This document shows, in pieces, positions 1 through 10,780 of a DNA stretch of 64,000 nt. The DNA lies in contig JAZRVL010000041.1 in NCBI GenBank assembly GCA_045599105.1, forward strand, positions 4,295-68,294, written 5' to 3'. The notes under the pieces were generated by a model that saw only the letters and a list, made by a program, of their open reading frames with translations, was not told the DNA's origin and did not search any database. Both the position numbers and the translations under genes were made by a program. Position 1 is the stretch's first letter; the number at the start of each line of letters is the position of its first letter. Source of the stretch: Kiritimatiellia bacterium (GTDB taxonomy: Bacteria > Verrucomicrobiota > Kiritimatiellia > RFP12 > UBA1067).

Positions 1-723
1 TTCCCACGGCCAGTCTGTACCAAAAAGTATGCGCTCCGTCGGCCAAGATCTAAGTAAACGCATTTGCTCATCATAGTGCCAGCGCATGTGCAAAGTCGCC
101 GTATCAATATACGCTCCACACTCCATAATTGCTTCCGTCATGTGCGAGGGATATCCTTCACACCCTCCCAAGTGCGCAGCGATAAACTTAAGTCCTGAAA
201 CATTTTTCAAAAGCCGCCAAGTCTCCTTGGGTCCACAAAGCCCGTGAAAATATCGCCAACTAACATCCGTTCCACAATGACAAATTGCGACCAAGCCTAA
301 ATCGGCAATCTTTTCAAAGACCGGCCATACTCCCGAATCTGCCAACGAAAAGTCTTGATAAAAAGGATGAAATTTGACGCCCTTAATTCCCGCTTTAGCA
401 ATCATCTCCAAATGCTCAAAGGCGTGAGGATCCAAAGGATGTATAGATGCAAAAGGAATAATGCGACGCTTAATACGCTCTCCAAACTCCCCCTCCTTAA
501 TCGCAATCGCTCGACGATAAATACCTTCAAACATATTGGGTTTAGTTGCAATTGGACAGGCAACAGCCATATCCACGCCTGCGTACTCCATGTGATCAAG
601 ATGATTCGCAAGCGTCCCATCACCTACCGCATACAAGAGACCTTCCGTTTGCGCACACATCCCGTTAATTGCACGAGTGGCAATTGCGCGCGGGAAGTTG
701 TGAGTATGAATGTCAATAATCAT
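1..723 (-). CDS. amidohydrolase-family (TIM-barrel metal-dependent hydrolase) protein; 3' end runs off the window
   Basis: Not in the ORF track (no stop in window). My translation from ATG at 723: MIIDIHTHNFPRAIA...GVKFHPFYQDF...AAHLGG...ILFGTDWPWE. The IDxHxH and FG(T/S)DWP motifs are typical of amidohydrolase_2. Confidence 0.65.
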   Translation of the reverse strand, partial: MIIDIHTHNFPRAIATRAINGMCAQTEGLLYAVGDGTLANHLDHMEYAGVDMAVACPIATKPNMFEGIYRRAIAIKEGEFGERIKRRIIPFASIHPLDPHAFEHLEMIAKAGIKGVKFHPFYQDFSLADSGVWPVFEKIADLGLVAICHCGTDVSWRYFHGLCGPKETWRLLKNVSGLKFIAAHLGGCEGYPSHMTEAIMECGAYIDTATLHMRWHYDEQMRLLRSWPTERILFGTDWPWE

Positions 724-1961
724 TTTCTTTTCTCAATGTAAAACACTTTATCGCCTACTCGACAACGTGGCACTTTAAACGTCACCCAATCGCCTTTCTC
801 GGCAACTTCAATGGTTTCCTCGTCCCTACGAAGTTCACCCAAGGTGTGTTCGACTATACCCGTTTTAAACCCATGGATTTGCACTTCATCGCCTGGGCGA
901 AGTGGATGATCTTGGATTTTAACTTGCGCAACCCCCGCTTTAGTGAAATAATCAATCACTATCCCTGCGTGACGCTTAACCGTCGTTGCCAGCGAATCTT
1001 CCGAATCCGTAAATTGATCCAGGCCTGGCCGCCCATAGTAAAGTCCTTTTGAGAACTCCCGATGAAAGACCTTTTTTACTTCATTGGTTAACTCATTGAC
1101 CAATGCTTCATTGTAAGTACCACTTATAACTGCATCAACCGCCTTACGATAAGCGCGAGTTACACTAAGGACATACTCCGCATTGCGAGCACGTCCTTCA
1201 ATCTTAAAAGAAGCAATTCCCGCATCTATCAGTTTATCCACAAAACCGAGCGAACACAAATCTTTCGCAGAAATTACCGTATGGGGCTCTAAAATAAATG
1301 CCGTATCTGACTCATGTACGGGCCTTCCATGTTCATCTTCATAAAGATCTACGGCTTTAATGAGAAATCTCCGGCGACAAGGTTGGTGGCATTCTCCCCG
1401 CGAAGCACTGCAACCAAAAGCATCATGACTCATCAAACAGCGCCCCGATTCAGCAACGCATTGCGCTCCATGAACAAAGCACTCTATTTCAATCCCTGAG
1501 TTATGCGCAATTTCCTTTACTTCTTTAAGGTTGCATTCACGTGCAAGTACGATGCGCCTTGCGCCTTGGCTTTTTAAGAACTTGGCGGCAATCGAATTGG
1601 AGCAACTTGATTGCGTAGAAATATGAAACTGAACTTTATGCTTTTTACACAAATCAATTACCGCCCAATCCGAAACAATAAATGCATCCACATAGGGCTT
1701 GGCAGCAATGATGATTTTTTCAATCTCCCCTATCTCACCTTCAAAAATAATTGCATTCAAAGTAAGATAGCGCTTAACGCCTCCTGCCTCCTCACAACGA
1801 CGTTTGATTTCCGGCAAATCCTCCACCTTGAAGTTGACACTTGCGCGTGCGCGCATGTTGAGCGTCCCTAATCCAAAGTAAACTGCATCTGCTCCAGCCT
1901 TAAGTGCAGCTTCAAGGCAAACAAAATCCCCTGCTGGGGCAAGTATTTCGGGCTTTTTCAT
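720..1961 (-). CDS. peptidase U32 family protein (YegQ/TrhP/RlhA-like)
   Basis: Track ORF 720..1967 starts at TTG; the first ATG is at 1961. It has KKPEILAPAG, a Cys-rich segment (GAQCVAESGRCLMSH...CSASRGECHQPCRR) and a C-terminal barrel typical of the U32 family. Confidence 0.8.
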   Translation of the reverse strand: MKKPEILAPAGDFVCLEAALKAGADAVYFGLGTLNMRARASVNFKVEDLPEIKRRCEEAGGVKRYLTLNAIIFEGEIGEIEKIIIAAKPYVDAFIVSDWAVIDLCKKHKVQFHISTQSSCSNSIAAKFLKSQGARRIVLARECNLKEVKEIAHNSGIEIECFVHGAQCVAESGRCLMSHDAFGCSASRGECHQPCRRRFLIKAVDLYEDEHGRPVHESDTAFILEPHTVISAKDLCSLGFVDKLIDAGIASFKIEGRARNAEYVLSVTRAYRKAVDAVISGTYNEALVNELTNEVKKVFHREFSKGLYYGRPGLDQFTDSEDSLATTVKRHAGIVIDYFTKAGVAQVKIQDHPLRPGDEVQIHGFKTGIVEHTLGELRRDEETIEVAEKGDWVTFKVPRCRVGDKVFYIEKRK

Positions 1962-1974
1962 CTTCAATAATTAT

Positions 1975-1997
1975 ATTATATCATAGTATGATATAAT
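1975..1997. promoter_or_regulatory. 23-bp palindrome spanning divergent -10 boxes between the U32 gene and dinB; candidate operator
   Basis: Sequence attatatcata-g-tatgatataat has perfect 11-bp arms. TATAAT reads on plus at 1992-1997 (9 nt before the dinB GTG at 2007) and on minus at 1980-1975 (14 nt before the U32 ATG). Confidence 0.4.
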
Positions 1998-2006
1998 TAT
2001 TCATAA

Positions 2007-3173
2007 GTGAAAACAATTCTCCATGTAGATATGGACGCATTTTTCGCGTCAGTAGAACTACTCTACCACCCCGAATGGCGCGGCAAGCCCGTCATTGTCG
2101 GCTCTGGTCCGCATGAGCGAGGAGTAGTATCTACTTGCTCTTATGAAGCCCGTAAAGCGGGTGTCCACTCAGCAATGGCCTCGCAAATGGCATATCGGCT
2201 TTGCCCGCATGCAATTTTCGTTCCCCCGCACATGGAGCTTTACACAAAAGCATCTGAAAAAGTATTTGAAATCTTTCATCGCTATACCCCTTTTGTCGAA
2301 GGCGTATCAATTGATGAAGCGTTTCTTGATATTACAGGATCATTGCACCTTTTTGGCGGAGATGAAAATGCCGCAAGAAAACTCGGGGAGGATTTGCGCG
2401 CTACTGTAAAGCGCGAAGCCAATCTCACCTGCTCAATTGGTATCGCCCCCAATCGCCTGCTTGCCAAGATTGGCTCCGATATCCATAAACCCGATGGACT
2501 TACCATAATGCCATTTGAGGAAAAAGCCATTGCCGAATTTCTCCGTCCTAAACGCATTGGAATACTTTGGGGTATTGGCGTAAAAACCGAAGAGTTACTT
2601 AAGCCCTACAATATCACGACTTGTGGCGACTTGCAGGCGTTAGATGTAAAAACACTCTCTTCTTTACTGGGCTCAAAGACATGTGCAGAAGTTCTTCACC
2701 ATCATGCCTTTGGTCGAGACGAATCTTTAGTTACTTGGCAGCCAGTTTCTGAAAAGTCAGTTTCTCGTGAATATACCTTTTCCAAAGATGAAACGTGTAA
2801 TGCCAAAGTACGCGCCAAGCTCCTTGAACTTGTAGAGGATGTGGGACGACGTTTTCGCACCGAAGAGCGATGGGCTAAAACTGCACGAATTAAGATACGC
2901 GATGGTTCATTTAATACTTTTACGCGTCAAATCAGCTTTGATGCGCCTGCTAAAGACGATATTACCTTTAGAGAAAAAGCATTGGAGCTTTTTGATCGGG
3001 AAAGAGCCGTCGGCACATTTAGATTAATTGGCTTTGGCGTAACTAATATTGAAAATGGTCCTCGCACAGTTGAAGCGTCACTATTTGGTGACGAAAATGA
3101 AACTAAGCGCCAAAAGCGTGAACGCCTAAGCGAAGCGATGGATATATTAAGAGATCGCGGACTTATCGCTTAG
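2007..3173 (+). CDS. dinB: DNA polymerase IV (Y-family translesion polymerase)
   Basis: N-terminus ILHVDMDAFFASVE, then SIDEAFLD and SIGIAPNRLLAKIGS are canonical DinB/IMS motifs. The start codon is GTG. Confidence 0.9.
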   Translation: MKTILHVDMDAFFASVELLYHPEWRGKPVIVGSGPHERGVVSTCSYEARKAGVHSAMASQMAYRLCPHAIFVPPHMELYTKASEKVFEIFHRYTPFVEGVSIDEAFLDITGSLHLFGGDENAARKLGEDLRATVKREANLTCSIGIAPNRLLAKIGSDIHKPDGLTIMPFEEKAIAEFLRPKRIGILWGIGVKTEELLKPYNITTCGDLQALDVKTLSSLLGSKTCAEVLHHHAFGRDESLVTWQPVSEKSVSREYTFSKDETCNAKVRAKLLELVEDVGRRFRTEERWAKTARIKIRDGSFNTFTRQISFDAPAKDDITFREKALELFDRERAVGTFRLIGFGVTNIENGPRTVEASLFGDENETKRQKRERLSEAMDILRDRGLIA

Positions 3174-3736
3174 TAACCAAGCGCTTCGTCTACCAAGATA
3201 ATCTTGGTCGGCATCCCCGTTGGCGGACGATCAAAGATCGCCGTCACCTTGCAGATACGATCGGGCGAATCGCAGTTTGCGCACTCGCCAGTAGTCGCAC
3301 AAGGTGTTTTCTTGTTTAAGCGTCGACAATTAGGCGGACAAGCGAACTTCTTGACCCGCTTTATCGCGTCCATAACGTCACCCTCGACTATTTTGTTTCG
3401 ACCGATGACGTAAAGAACGCTCTTCGGTCCGCAAATCGAAGCCGCTACTCGATTGCCATGCCCATCGATATTGACGATGACGCCATCCGTAGTTATCGCA
3501 TTGGCAGAAAGGAGAAAAAGATCCATATCCGATTGATACTCGCGAATCTCCTTGCCGCTCTTTTCCAAGGCCTCACGTGCACCGATTTCCTTAATCGACT
3601 CACTGCCGCCCCAACCAACCGAACTAACGCCTTCGGCTTCTTTTAATACCATCGCCTTTGCAGTCGCCTTGTCTTTGGCAAACTCAACTTCATAACCGCG
3701 CTTTTTAAGCGCTTCAATAATGTTTTCCCAATTCAT
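3170..3736 (-). CDS. LUD-domain (DUF162, LutC/YkgG-like) protein with a C-terminal Cys cluster
   Basis: VGWGGSESIKEIG and LLSANAITTDGVIVNIDGHGNRV..VIGRNKIV resemble the LUD domain. The C-terminus has CPPNCRR..C..C..C. Confidence 0.6.
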   Translation of the reverse strand: MNWENIIEALKKRGYEVEFAKDKATAKAMVLKEAEGVSSVGWGGSESIKEIGAREALEKSGKEIREYQSDMDLFLLSANAITTDGVIVNIDGHGNRVAASICGPKSVLYVIGRNKIVEGDVMDAIKRVKKFACPPNCRRLNKKTPCATTGECANCDSPDRICKVTAIFDRPPTGMPTKIILVDEALGY

Positions 3737-3773
3737 AATACCCCTATTATATCACAATTAGAGCTATTGGTTT

Positions 3774-6377
3774 TCAACCAAAAAACGGATAAAACTGATA
3801 CCACTCATGCGGATAGGCGCGAACTTCATTTTCCAAAAAGCGCACATAGTCGCCAAGCATATCGCTACCAAGCTTTTGGGCATGAACTTCATATTCGTTC
3901 CAGCCAACGCTAACTGAAGTAATCGCATAAACTGGTGCTTCCATAAGCTCGGCAAACTTAAACACCCCTTTAGGCCACTTGCAAGAATGACCAAAGAACT
4001 CGTGCGTCAAAGTTGCCGTAGAGTTGGCCGAAGGCCTATCTCCTGCCATTAACACCAATTCCTTGCGCTCGATCGCAGCTTTCATTTCTACCGCTGTCTC
4101 AACTCCAATATCCTCAACTGCATGTAAGGTCAATTGATTGGGATCTAAGTAGTGAGCAAAAAGGCGAGTAAAGATTGCGTTATGGGTCATTTGCTGGAAA
4201 GCATGAACCTTAATCGTATTACCTTTTCGAAGCGCAGGCAAAGTCTCAATCGCACCTAAGTGAGTAGAGATAAGAAACGCACCGCCCTCCATCCAGCGCT
4301 TATCTCCTTTAACCGAAACTTTCGGCAAGTTTTTGGCTAAAGTACATGCGTCTGTCTTATCCAACATTGACCACGCAAAGAAAAGAATGGTTTTAAATGC
4401 ACTCACTTTAAGCCCTGTCTTTTCACGGAATTGGGCAATCGCACGACGAGCGGGTTTGGCAAACGGATAAATGAAAAGTACAATTACAAAAGTAACTAAC
4501 TTTGCGAGCGACTTACCGAAGAGTCGATAAACATGCCACATAAAAAGAATCCTAAGCTTACCTGCCGATTGTTCCTTTTGATTGTGCCACATCGTATGCT
4601 TAGCCTCGCGTGAACTTCCAACTGAAAAGATATAGGCAAAGAAAAGCCCTACTGCAAGTGTAAGCCCCATTGAGCGTGTCACTTTAAAGGAAGTAAAAGC
4701 AAGCATTCCCAGCCCCACCAACGAAGTAAGAAAACTATAGAGCACTACGCGAGCGCTTGATGAGGCCGCATCTTCAGACTTATGAAAAATAGTGTAGTCA
4801 ATTCCTAATCCCACCAACACGAAAAAGCAAATAAGATGGAAGAAGTTAATCGTCTCTCCAAGCCATCCCAATACACCAGCAGTAGCAACAACCGCTAACA
4901 CTATGGGAAGCGCATACTCAAAAAATCTCTTGCGCGTCGCGAACGCAAGTACAGCAAAAAGAACAATAAATGCCACTAAGAGCATAAACTTAACCTCAAT
5001 GGCAAAACGATCAAACATTGCATTCAATTGCGCTTTTAAATCAACGCCGTCTTTCGACGGAAGAATTACCATTGTCCGCCCATCTTTTTCAAGTGTCATC
5101 CAATCAGGGAGATCAGCAGCGCTTAAAAACTCGCCTTTCACTTCAACTCCCATTTTCGCTTTAAGTTTAGCGTTTTCCTTTTGCCAATCATCCAAATCAA
5201 CGAGTGCGAATTTTACCTTATCTACTCCACTTACTTCAGCAACTGCCTTTTCGCCTGCTGCCATTAGCGGATCCATTTCATGAAATTCAGAAACATCATT
5301 ACCAAAATGTAAGCGCATCAATCCCGCTATCGCAATCACTGCGACTATCCACTTGACGAATTTAAAGTAATGCCAAAACTTATTTGATAAATTGAGCTTA
5401 ATCTCTACTTCCTCAATTCGCTTGAATGCACATAGGACAAATGCATAAATCGCAATGAGTCCTGCAATTGTAAATACTGCCATCTCCCTTAAAACATGTA
5501 CACTTGAGAAGATTAGCGGTGAAAACGCAAGCGAAGTTGTAATGAGTGCACCTGCAAGGGAAGAGCGACTACAACCATGAAGTGAGTGATAACAATAATC
5601 AACTCCTAAACCAATAAGCGAAGTGCCAAAAAGGAAAGTAAGGATATGAGGCCGCCCAGGTAAGAGCAAGACCGCCGCAGTACCCACAAGAAACCCAACT
5701 CCAATTGCAAGAACCATCGGAAAGGCAAAACGCAAAGTACGAAAGAGCGCAAAACCTAATACAAACACGGCAAAAAGCGAAATAAATCCCAAGAGGTTAA
5801 TCTCTCGCTTGGAGCTTTCGGTTGCAAGGTAAGTATGAAATGGTGAACCGCTTAAATGTACTTTAGGATTTTTCCGCGCAAGCTCGATGAGTCCTTTTAC
5901 GGGCGAACGATGACCTACTAAAATTTCCGCCTTTGGCTGCAAACTTTTAAAGTCCATAACAAAGTCGTGGAGAAAATAAAAAGGATCATCCGCTTTTGGG
6001 AAAAGGCCTATTCCCGAATAATCGCGACGCATTGCACTACGCATAATACGATTAGTCTCATTGGCAAGCAAAAGCTCACGCGACTTATCCGAAAGTAATC
6101 CCTTGCCATGCGTACGTATAAGTTCATACGTACCTTTAGGATCAACTATCTGTGCAAACTCAGCTACTGCACGGCACTCATCGTAAAGCTTGTCATCTTC
6201 GCAATATACCCGATAAATTGATGCGGTCTTTCGCGCGAGCGCAGAGATAATTCCAGTATCATCCCCAATAAGCGCATAAACATCACTCTCAACACCATCC
6301 CTCCCAAGAAAAACGCAAATCCCCGCGCTAATTAATAGCGCAAGGATTGTTAGTGATCTTAGGAGTATACGAATCAT
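3774..6377 (-). CDS. fusion of an MMPL/RND-like predicted exporter and a lysophospholipid-type acyltransferase
   Basis: 867 aa with about 12 TM segments and two GLG(V/I)DY(C/T) MMPL-type motifs. The C-terminal ~270 aa (ISTHLGAIETLPAL...LMAGDRPS) look like an LpxL/LPLAT-type acyltransferase. Confidence 0.6.
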   Translation of the reverse strand: MIRILLRSLTILALLISAGICVFLGRDGVESDVYALIGDDTGIISALARKTASIYRVYCEDDKLYDECRAVAEFAQIVDPKGTYELIRTHGKGLLSDKSRELLLANETNRIMRSAMRRDYSGIGLFPKADDPFYFLHDFVMDFKSLQPKAEILVGHRSPVKGLIELARKNPKVHLSGSPFHTYLATESSKREINLLGFISLFAVFVLGFALFRTLRFAFPMVLAIGVGFLVGTAAVLLLPGRPHILTFLFGTSLIGLGVDYCYHSLHGCSRSSLAGALITTSLAFSPLIFSSVHVLREMAVFTIAGLIAIYAFVLCAFKRIEEVEIKLNLSNKFWHYFKFVKWIVAVIAIAGLMRLHFGNDVSEFHEMDPLMAAGEKAVAEVSGVDKVKFALVDLDDWQKENAKLKAKMGVEVKGEFLSAADLPDWMTLEKDGRTMVILPSKDGVDLKAQLNAMFDRFAIEVKFMLLVAFIVLFAVLAFATRKRFFEYALPIVLAVVATAGVLGWLGETINFFHLICFFVLVGLGIDYTIFHKSEDAASSSARVVLYSFLTSLVGLGMLAFTSFKVTRSMGLTLAVGLFFAYIFSVGSSREAKHTMWHNQKEQSAGKLRILFMWHVYRLFGKSLAKLVTFVIVLFIYPFAKPARRAIAQFREKTGLKVSAFKTILFFAWSMLDKTDACTLAKNLPKVSVKGDKRWMEGGAFLISTHLGAIETLPALRKGNTIKVHAFQQMTHNAIFTRLFAHYLDPNQLTLHAVEDIGVETAVEMKAAIERKELVLMAGDRPSANSTATLTHEFFGHSCKWPKGVFKFAELMEAPVYAITSVSVGWNEYEVHAQKLGSDMLGDYVRFLENEVRAYPHEWYQFYPFFG

Positions 6378-7675
6378 TAGTGACGGAAGGAACGTTGACC
6401 AGTAAATACCATCGCTACTCCTGCGTCATTGCAGCAATCGATCACATCCCAATCACGAATTGCCCCGCCAGGCTGAACAATTGAAGTAATGCCTTCACGA
6501 ATGCCAACCTCCGCGCCATCGCGAAATGGGAAGAACGCATCTGACACCATCGCGCATCCAGGAAGCCCACCTTTGCGCGCGCGGGTTTCCTCCATGATCT
6601 CCGCTTGCTTCTTGGCGCCATCATCATCGCCAAACACCAAACGTAAATCATTGTAAGGCTTTTGATATTTCTCCCACGAAATCCAATCCGCAAGTTTAGT
6701 GTACGCTTTGTCGCGCGCAATCTCGGCCACCCCTACCCGATCCTGCTCACCAGTGCCAATGCCGACGGTAGCTTCATCCTTAACATATAAAACTGAATTG
6801 GAAGTAACACCTGCTTCAACAAGCCAACCAAATACCAAATCCTCATATTCTTTAGCTGTTGGTAGACGCTTAATCTTGTGCTCTTCAAAACTCACTGCGC
6901 CAGTTGCCTTGTCAGTAATCTTGCGATTGCAATAAGCCGGCATCAAGTCCGCCGGTTTGCGCGCATTGGCAGCGAACGAGGTTTGCGCAACAAGACCACC
7001 ATCAATTAGTGATTTAAAGTCAATAACATGCTTAGCTACAAAGTCGGTAAGCTTCTCCATATTGCGAACACGAAAGACGCGCAAATTTTTCTTGGTCGCA
7101 AATAACTCCATCACGCCTGGCTTAAAGTCAGGAGCCACTACAACCTCCGCATAGTTCTCCAAAATGAGCTTGGCAGTTTCAATATCACATTCGCGATTGA
7201 GCGCAATTGCACCACCAAATGCGGCCAAGCGATCTGCCTTGTTTGCACGATAATACGCTTCCGCGAGCGTTGAACCTGTCGCTACTCCACAAGGATTGTT
7301 GTGCTTAACAATAACCGCAGTCGGTTTCTTCATCAAGTAACGCAAAATGTTGAGCGCATTGTCAGTGTCGGTAACATTGGTTTTGCCAGGATGCTTTCCT
7401 GATTGTAAAAGCTCAGGCACTGACGCCAAGTAACGACCTGCTTGAAGCATCTCCACTTCTCCCAGCACAAGATTGCCATTAACAAGCTTATAAAGGGCTG
7501 CTTCCTGACCAGGGTTCTCTCCATACCGCAAACCCTTCTCCTCGCCTCCGATATTCCAAGTTACCTTTTCATAACAAAGCGTGCTTCGCTTGTTACCATC
7601 AATAAACGAAATCTCAAGTTGTGAAGCAAAGTGATCAGCTTCAATTGTTTTATAGGCTTCTTTTAGGTCTTTCAT
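6377..7675 (-). CDS. purH: AICAR formyltransferase-domain protein (PurH-like, lacks the N-terminal IMP cyclohydrolase/MGS domain)
   Basis: [28 protein letters not shown] and [10 protein letters not shown] are AICARFT motifs. At 432 aa there is no MGS-like N-terminal domain. Confidence 0.75.
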   Translation of the reverse strand: MKDLKEAYKTIEADHFASQLEISFIDGNKRSTLCYEKVTWNIGGEEKGLRYGENPGQEAALYKLVNGNLVLGEVEMLQAGRYLASVPELLQSGKHPGKTNVTDTDNALNILRYLMKKPTAVIVKHNNPCGVATGSTLAEAYYRANKADRLAAFGGAIALNRECDIETAKLILENYAEVVVAPDFKPGVMELFATKKNLRVFRVRNMEKLTDFVAKHVIDFKSLIDGGLVAQTSFAANARKPADLMPAYCNRKITDKATGAVSFEEHKIKRLPTAKEYEDLVFGWLVEAGVTSNSVLYVKDEATVGIGTGEQDRVGVAEIARDKAYTKLADWISWEKYQKPYNDLRLVFGDDDGAKKQAEIMEETRARKGGLPGCAMVSDAFFPFRDGAEVGIREGITSIVQPGGAIRDWDVIDCCNDAGVAMVFTGQRSFRH

Positions 7676-8649
7676 ATATATCCTTCCTTAAAATACTGAA
7701 TGGTCTTTTTCAATCCATCGTTAAGCGCAATGCGTGGCTCCCAATTAAGCAATTCGCGGGCTAAAACGATATTAGGACGACGCTCGCGCGGATCATCGCT
7801 GGGTAAAGGACGAAAAACTAACTTTGACTTAGACTCTGGAATAAGCTTTAGTACCGCATTAGCTAATTCCTTAATTGTAAACTCCTCAGGATTGCCCAAA
7901 TTAATAACGGGTGCACCCAAATTGTGAATCGAAGTCCATTCGCGAACATTTGCCTTGGGAAGTTTCATATATGCACAAAACGCATCAATCAAATCGTCCA
8001 CATATTGAAATGAACGCGTTTGCGAGCCATCCCCATAAATAGTAATTGATTCACCTTTAAGCGCTTGTACAATAAAGTTGGAAACTACCCTGCCATCATG
8101 CGCATTCATCCGCGGTCCATAAGTATTGAAAATACGCACAATCCGCGCATCTACATCGTTTTCGCGAATTGTATCAGCAATCAACGTCTCCGCCACGCGC
8201 TTACCCTCATCATAGCAACTCCTAAGACCAATAGGATTGACATTGCCCCAATAAGTTTCCACTTGCGGATGTACAAGCGCGTCTCCATACACTTCGCTCG
8301 TAGATGTATGAAGTACTCTCGCACCATCGCGTTTCGCTAATGAAAGCGCAAATAGCACACCCTTAATTGAGGTAAGCGTCGTCTTTACGGGTTGATGCTG
8401 ATAATGAATAGGCGAGGCAGGACAAGCGAGGTTATATATTTCATCCACCTTAGGAAGAATGTCTATCTTGGCTTCAACCACATCCGCCTCTATGAAAGAA
8501 AATTTAGCATTACCCCGAAATGCGGCAAGATTATCAACGCTACCAGTGTAGAGGTTATCAAGCGCAATCACCTCATGGCCATCATTCAATAGCCGCTCTA
8601 CAAGGTGACTTCCTAAAAAGCCCGCTCCACCAGTAACCAATGCGCGCAT
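7672..8649 (-). CDS. UDP-glucuronate decarboxylase (UDP-xylose synthase), SDR family
   Basis: [44 protein letters not shown] and DGRVVSNF are present. Confidence 0.85.
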   Translation of the reverse strand: MRALVTGGAGFLGSHLVERLLNDGHEVIALDNLYTGSVDNLAAFRGNAKFSFIEADVVEAKIDILPKVDEIYNLACPASPIHYQHQPVKTTLTSIKGVLFALSLAKRDGARVLHTSTSEVYGDALVHPQVETYWGNVNPIGLRSCYDEGKRVAETLIADTIRENDVDARIVRIFNTYGPRMNAHDGRVVSNFIVQALKGESITIYGDGSQTRSFQYVDDLIDAFCAYMKLPKANVREWTSIHNLGAPVINLGNPEEFTIKELANAVLKLIPESKSKLVFRPLPSDDPRERRPNIVLARELLNWEPRIALNDGLKKTIQYFKEGYI

Positions 8650-9140
8650 TATTCGTGAATCTTTTTGTTGGCCGCCTCGACTTTAGCTTTAAGCTCTTCT
8701 TTGTGGGCACGAAACTTCTCGCGCAACGATTCATCAGCTGTTCCGAGGATCTGCACTGCCAAAAGCGCCGCATTAATTGGGCCTGCACTTCCACACGCAA
8801 CGGTAGCAACTGGCACACCACTTGGCATCTGCACAGTAGCATAGAGCGCATCCAAACCATTCAAAGCACCACCTGCAACAGGAATGCCAATCACTGGAAG
8901 CGGAGTTGCAGCCGCCAAGACTCCTCCCAGATGCGCCGCTCCGCCCGCAGCTGCGATAATTACTTTAAGTCCTCGCGCCTCTGCGGTTTTGGAGTATTCG
9001 ATTGCCAACTCTGGCGTACGATGCGCTGAAATGACCTGCGTTTCATATCCCACGCCAAACTTATCCAATGTGTCACACGCCTTTTTGACAAGTGGCCAAT
9101 CTGAGTCCGAGCCCATTACAATACCAACAAGTGCTTTCAT
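8649..9140 (-). CDS. purE: 5-(carboxyamino)imidazole ribonucleotide mutase
   Basis: [20 protein letters not shown] and [21 protein letters not shown] are present. The track start at 9149 is TTG; ATG at 9140 overlaps the upstream stop (TAATG). Confidence 0.9.
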   Translation of the reverse strand: MKALVGIVMGSDSDWPLVKKACDTLDKFGVGYETQVISAHRTPELAIEYSKTAEARGLKVIIAAAGGAAHLGGVLAAATPLPVIGIPVAGGALNGLDALYATVQMPSGVPVATVACGSAGPINAALLAVQILGTADESLREKFRAHKEELKAKVEAANKKIHE

Positions 9141-10780
9141 TATAACCAATTCCTTTCTTTAAGCTCTTTACGCAATTTCTCGACCATCTTCTTGGGATCG
9201 CTTAAATCATTAACCGCCTTTTCCATTGGACAACGATCCGAAAGCTTCGCATTGAGAATTTGTTTTACGGTCTTTTCTGCCGAGCATTCAATGCCATGAT
9301 CCTCGAGGAACTTTTTCGCATCCTCACCGATGAGACGCGCCCAAACCTTCTTCGCTCCACCCACCACAAAGATGGCGGCACTGGCACGACCGACTACGCG
9401 ATCGCAAACAAAGGCACGATGAAGCTTACCCTCGTCTAACATCTTAATTGCAGGCGCAATTCCTTCGCCCTGCTTAATCGCACGAATAACCCCATCGCGC
9501 GCTACCACAATTGATTCGCCACCCTCATTGATAAGCCGTTGCATTTCTGCGACAAGGTCAACTTCCGAAATCGGAATTACTCGAGTTTGACGATAGAGTC
9601 CTTCTATATGAATAGCTGGCTCAGGACGCGCCGCACAAACATGCTCACAAGCACCGCAGCCCACACAGACATCTTTGTCAACTACAACAGCTCCATCCAC
9701 CAAATGCAATGCTTTAACTGGACACTTGCGAACGCAAGCTGTACACTTCTCATCCTTAGTAGACCGCAAACACAGCTCCTTGTCCCAAACTGCGTATCCA
9801 ATATGGACATTGCGCTTTTCCATAATTGTTAGCGGAGTCAATACGCCTGCTGGACAAACTTCAGAGCACTTCACACAATCTTCAATGCAATATCCCTTGC
9901 GATAATCCATCGCAATCCGCCCAGACCAATCAATCGGTCGCAAGCACTTGCCCAGACAATTAATTGCACAAAGCTGACAACCGACACAAGAATAAGTATT
10001 TACCGAATCTTTCGATCCTGGCGGCATAATAAGCCGAGTTTCGCGCCTGGCCATATTTGCAATCGAAATTGGCGCATATCCACCATCAGTTAGTTTCTCA
10101 ACTACTGCCAAGGCGGCTATCCCTTGTAAAGTTTCGCGTCGTGTAATACCGCCTTCGACTTCTACTGGCTTGGACTCGGCCTTGACGAAACATTTACGAC
10201 AAGCGCCACAACCACCACCAACTTTATCCCGCAAGAGCGAACGCTTGGAAAGTAGATTGAAGACAGTTCCATAAGGACAAATCCAATTGCACCAAAATCT
10301 TCCATGTCCAATCGCCGCAGTAACAACAACCGCCAAAAATACTCCTGCCGCAAGTACAAGATAAATGATTGGATTAAGCGCTCTATCACTATCAAAAACA
10401 AGCGCAAGCGCTCGGCCAAAAATACCATAGGGATTTAAAACAGCTCCAACCGCAGGCAGGATCGCCATAAGCACAATAACCCAATTGATAATTTGCTGAG
10501 TGATACTACGCGGAAGACGAGAACATACTCGACGCACTTTGGTTTTAGGATGAAAAACAAGATTTACAAGATCTTGCACCGCCCCAAGAGGACAAAATAA
10601 ACGACAAAAATAACGTCCCAAAAGTAGCGTCAACAAAATAACTACCAAAAAGACCCAAGTAAGTGCGGGCTGGATCTTGCACACATACATGCAATAAGGG
10701 CATCCAATAAATGCCAAAACAACCGCTGATATAACTGCGAGCTGTACAAAAACCATAAGGATGAGTTTAAAGAGCTTCAT
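9140..10780 (-). CDS. membrane-anchored polyferredoxin (NapH-like N-terminus, several 4Fe-4S motifs) with a DUF1893-like C-terminal domain
   Basis: FCRLFCPLG and WCNWICPYG lie in the TM region. CxxCxxCxxxCP motifs occur four times. ATG at 10780 is preceded by GGAGGGA; the track start is 10807. Confidence 0.65.
   Translation of the reverse strand: MKLFKLILMVFVQLAVISAVVLAFIGCPYCMYVCKIQPALTWVFLVVILLTLLLGRYFCRLFCPLGAVQDLVNLVFHPKTKVRRVCSRLPRSITQQIINWVIVLMAILPAVGAVLNPYGIFGRALALVFDSDRALNPIIYLVLAAGVFLAVVVTAAIGHGRFWCNWICPYGTVFNLLSKRSLLRDKVGGGCGACRKCFVKAESKPVEVEGGITRRETLQGIAALAVVEKLTDGGYAPISIANMARRETRLIMPPGSKDSVNTYSCVGCQLCAINCLGKCLRPIDWSGRIAMDYRKGYCIEDCVKCSEVCPAGVLTPLTIMEKRNVHIGYAVWDKELCLRSTKDEKCTACVRKCPVKALHLVDGAVVVDKDVCVGCGACEHVCAARPEPAIHIEGLYRQTRVIPISEVDLVAEMQRLINEGGESIVVARDGVIRAIKQGEGIAPAIKMLDEGKLHRAFVCDRVVGRASAAIFVVGGAKKVWARLIGEDAKKFLEDHGIECSAEKTVKQILNAKLSDRCPMEKAVNDLSDPKKMVEKLRKELKERNWL

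Noticed and set aside
355-741. 128-aa plus-strand ORF at the left edge
   Set aside because: It is antisense to a minus-strand reading frame that translates into a clear amidohydrolase (IDIHTH...FGTDWP). The plus ORF has no recognisable features.
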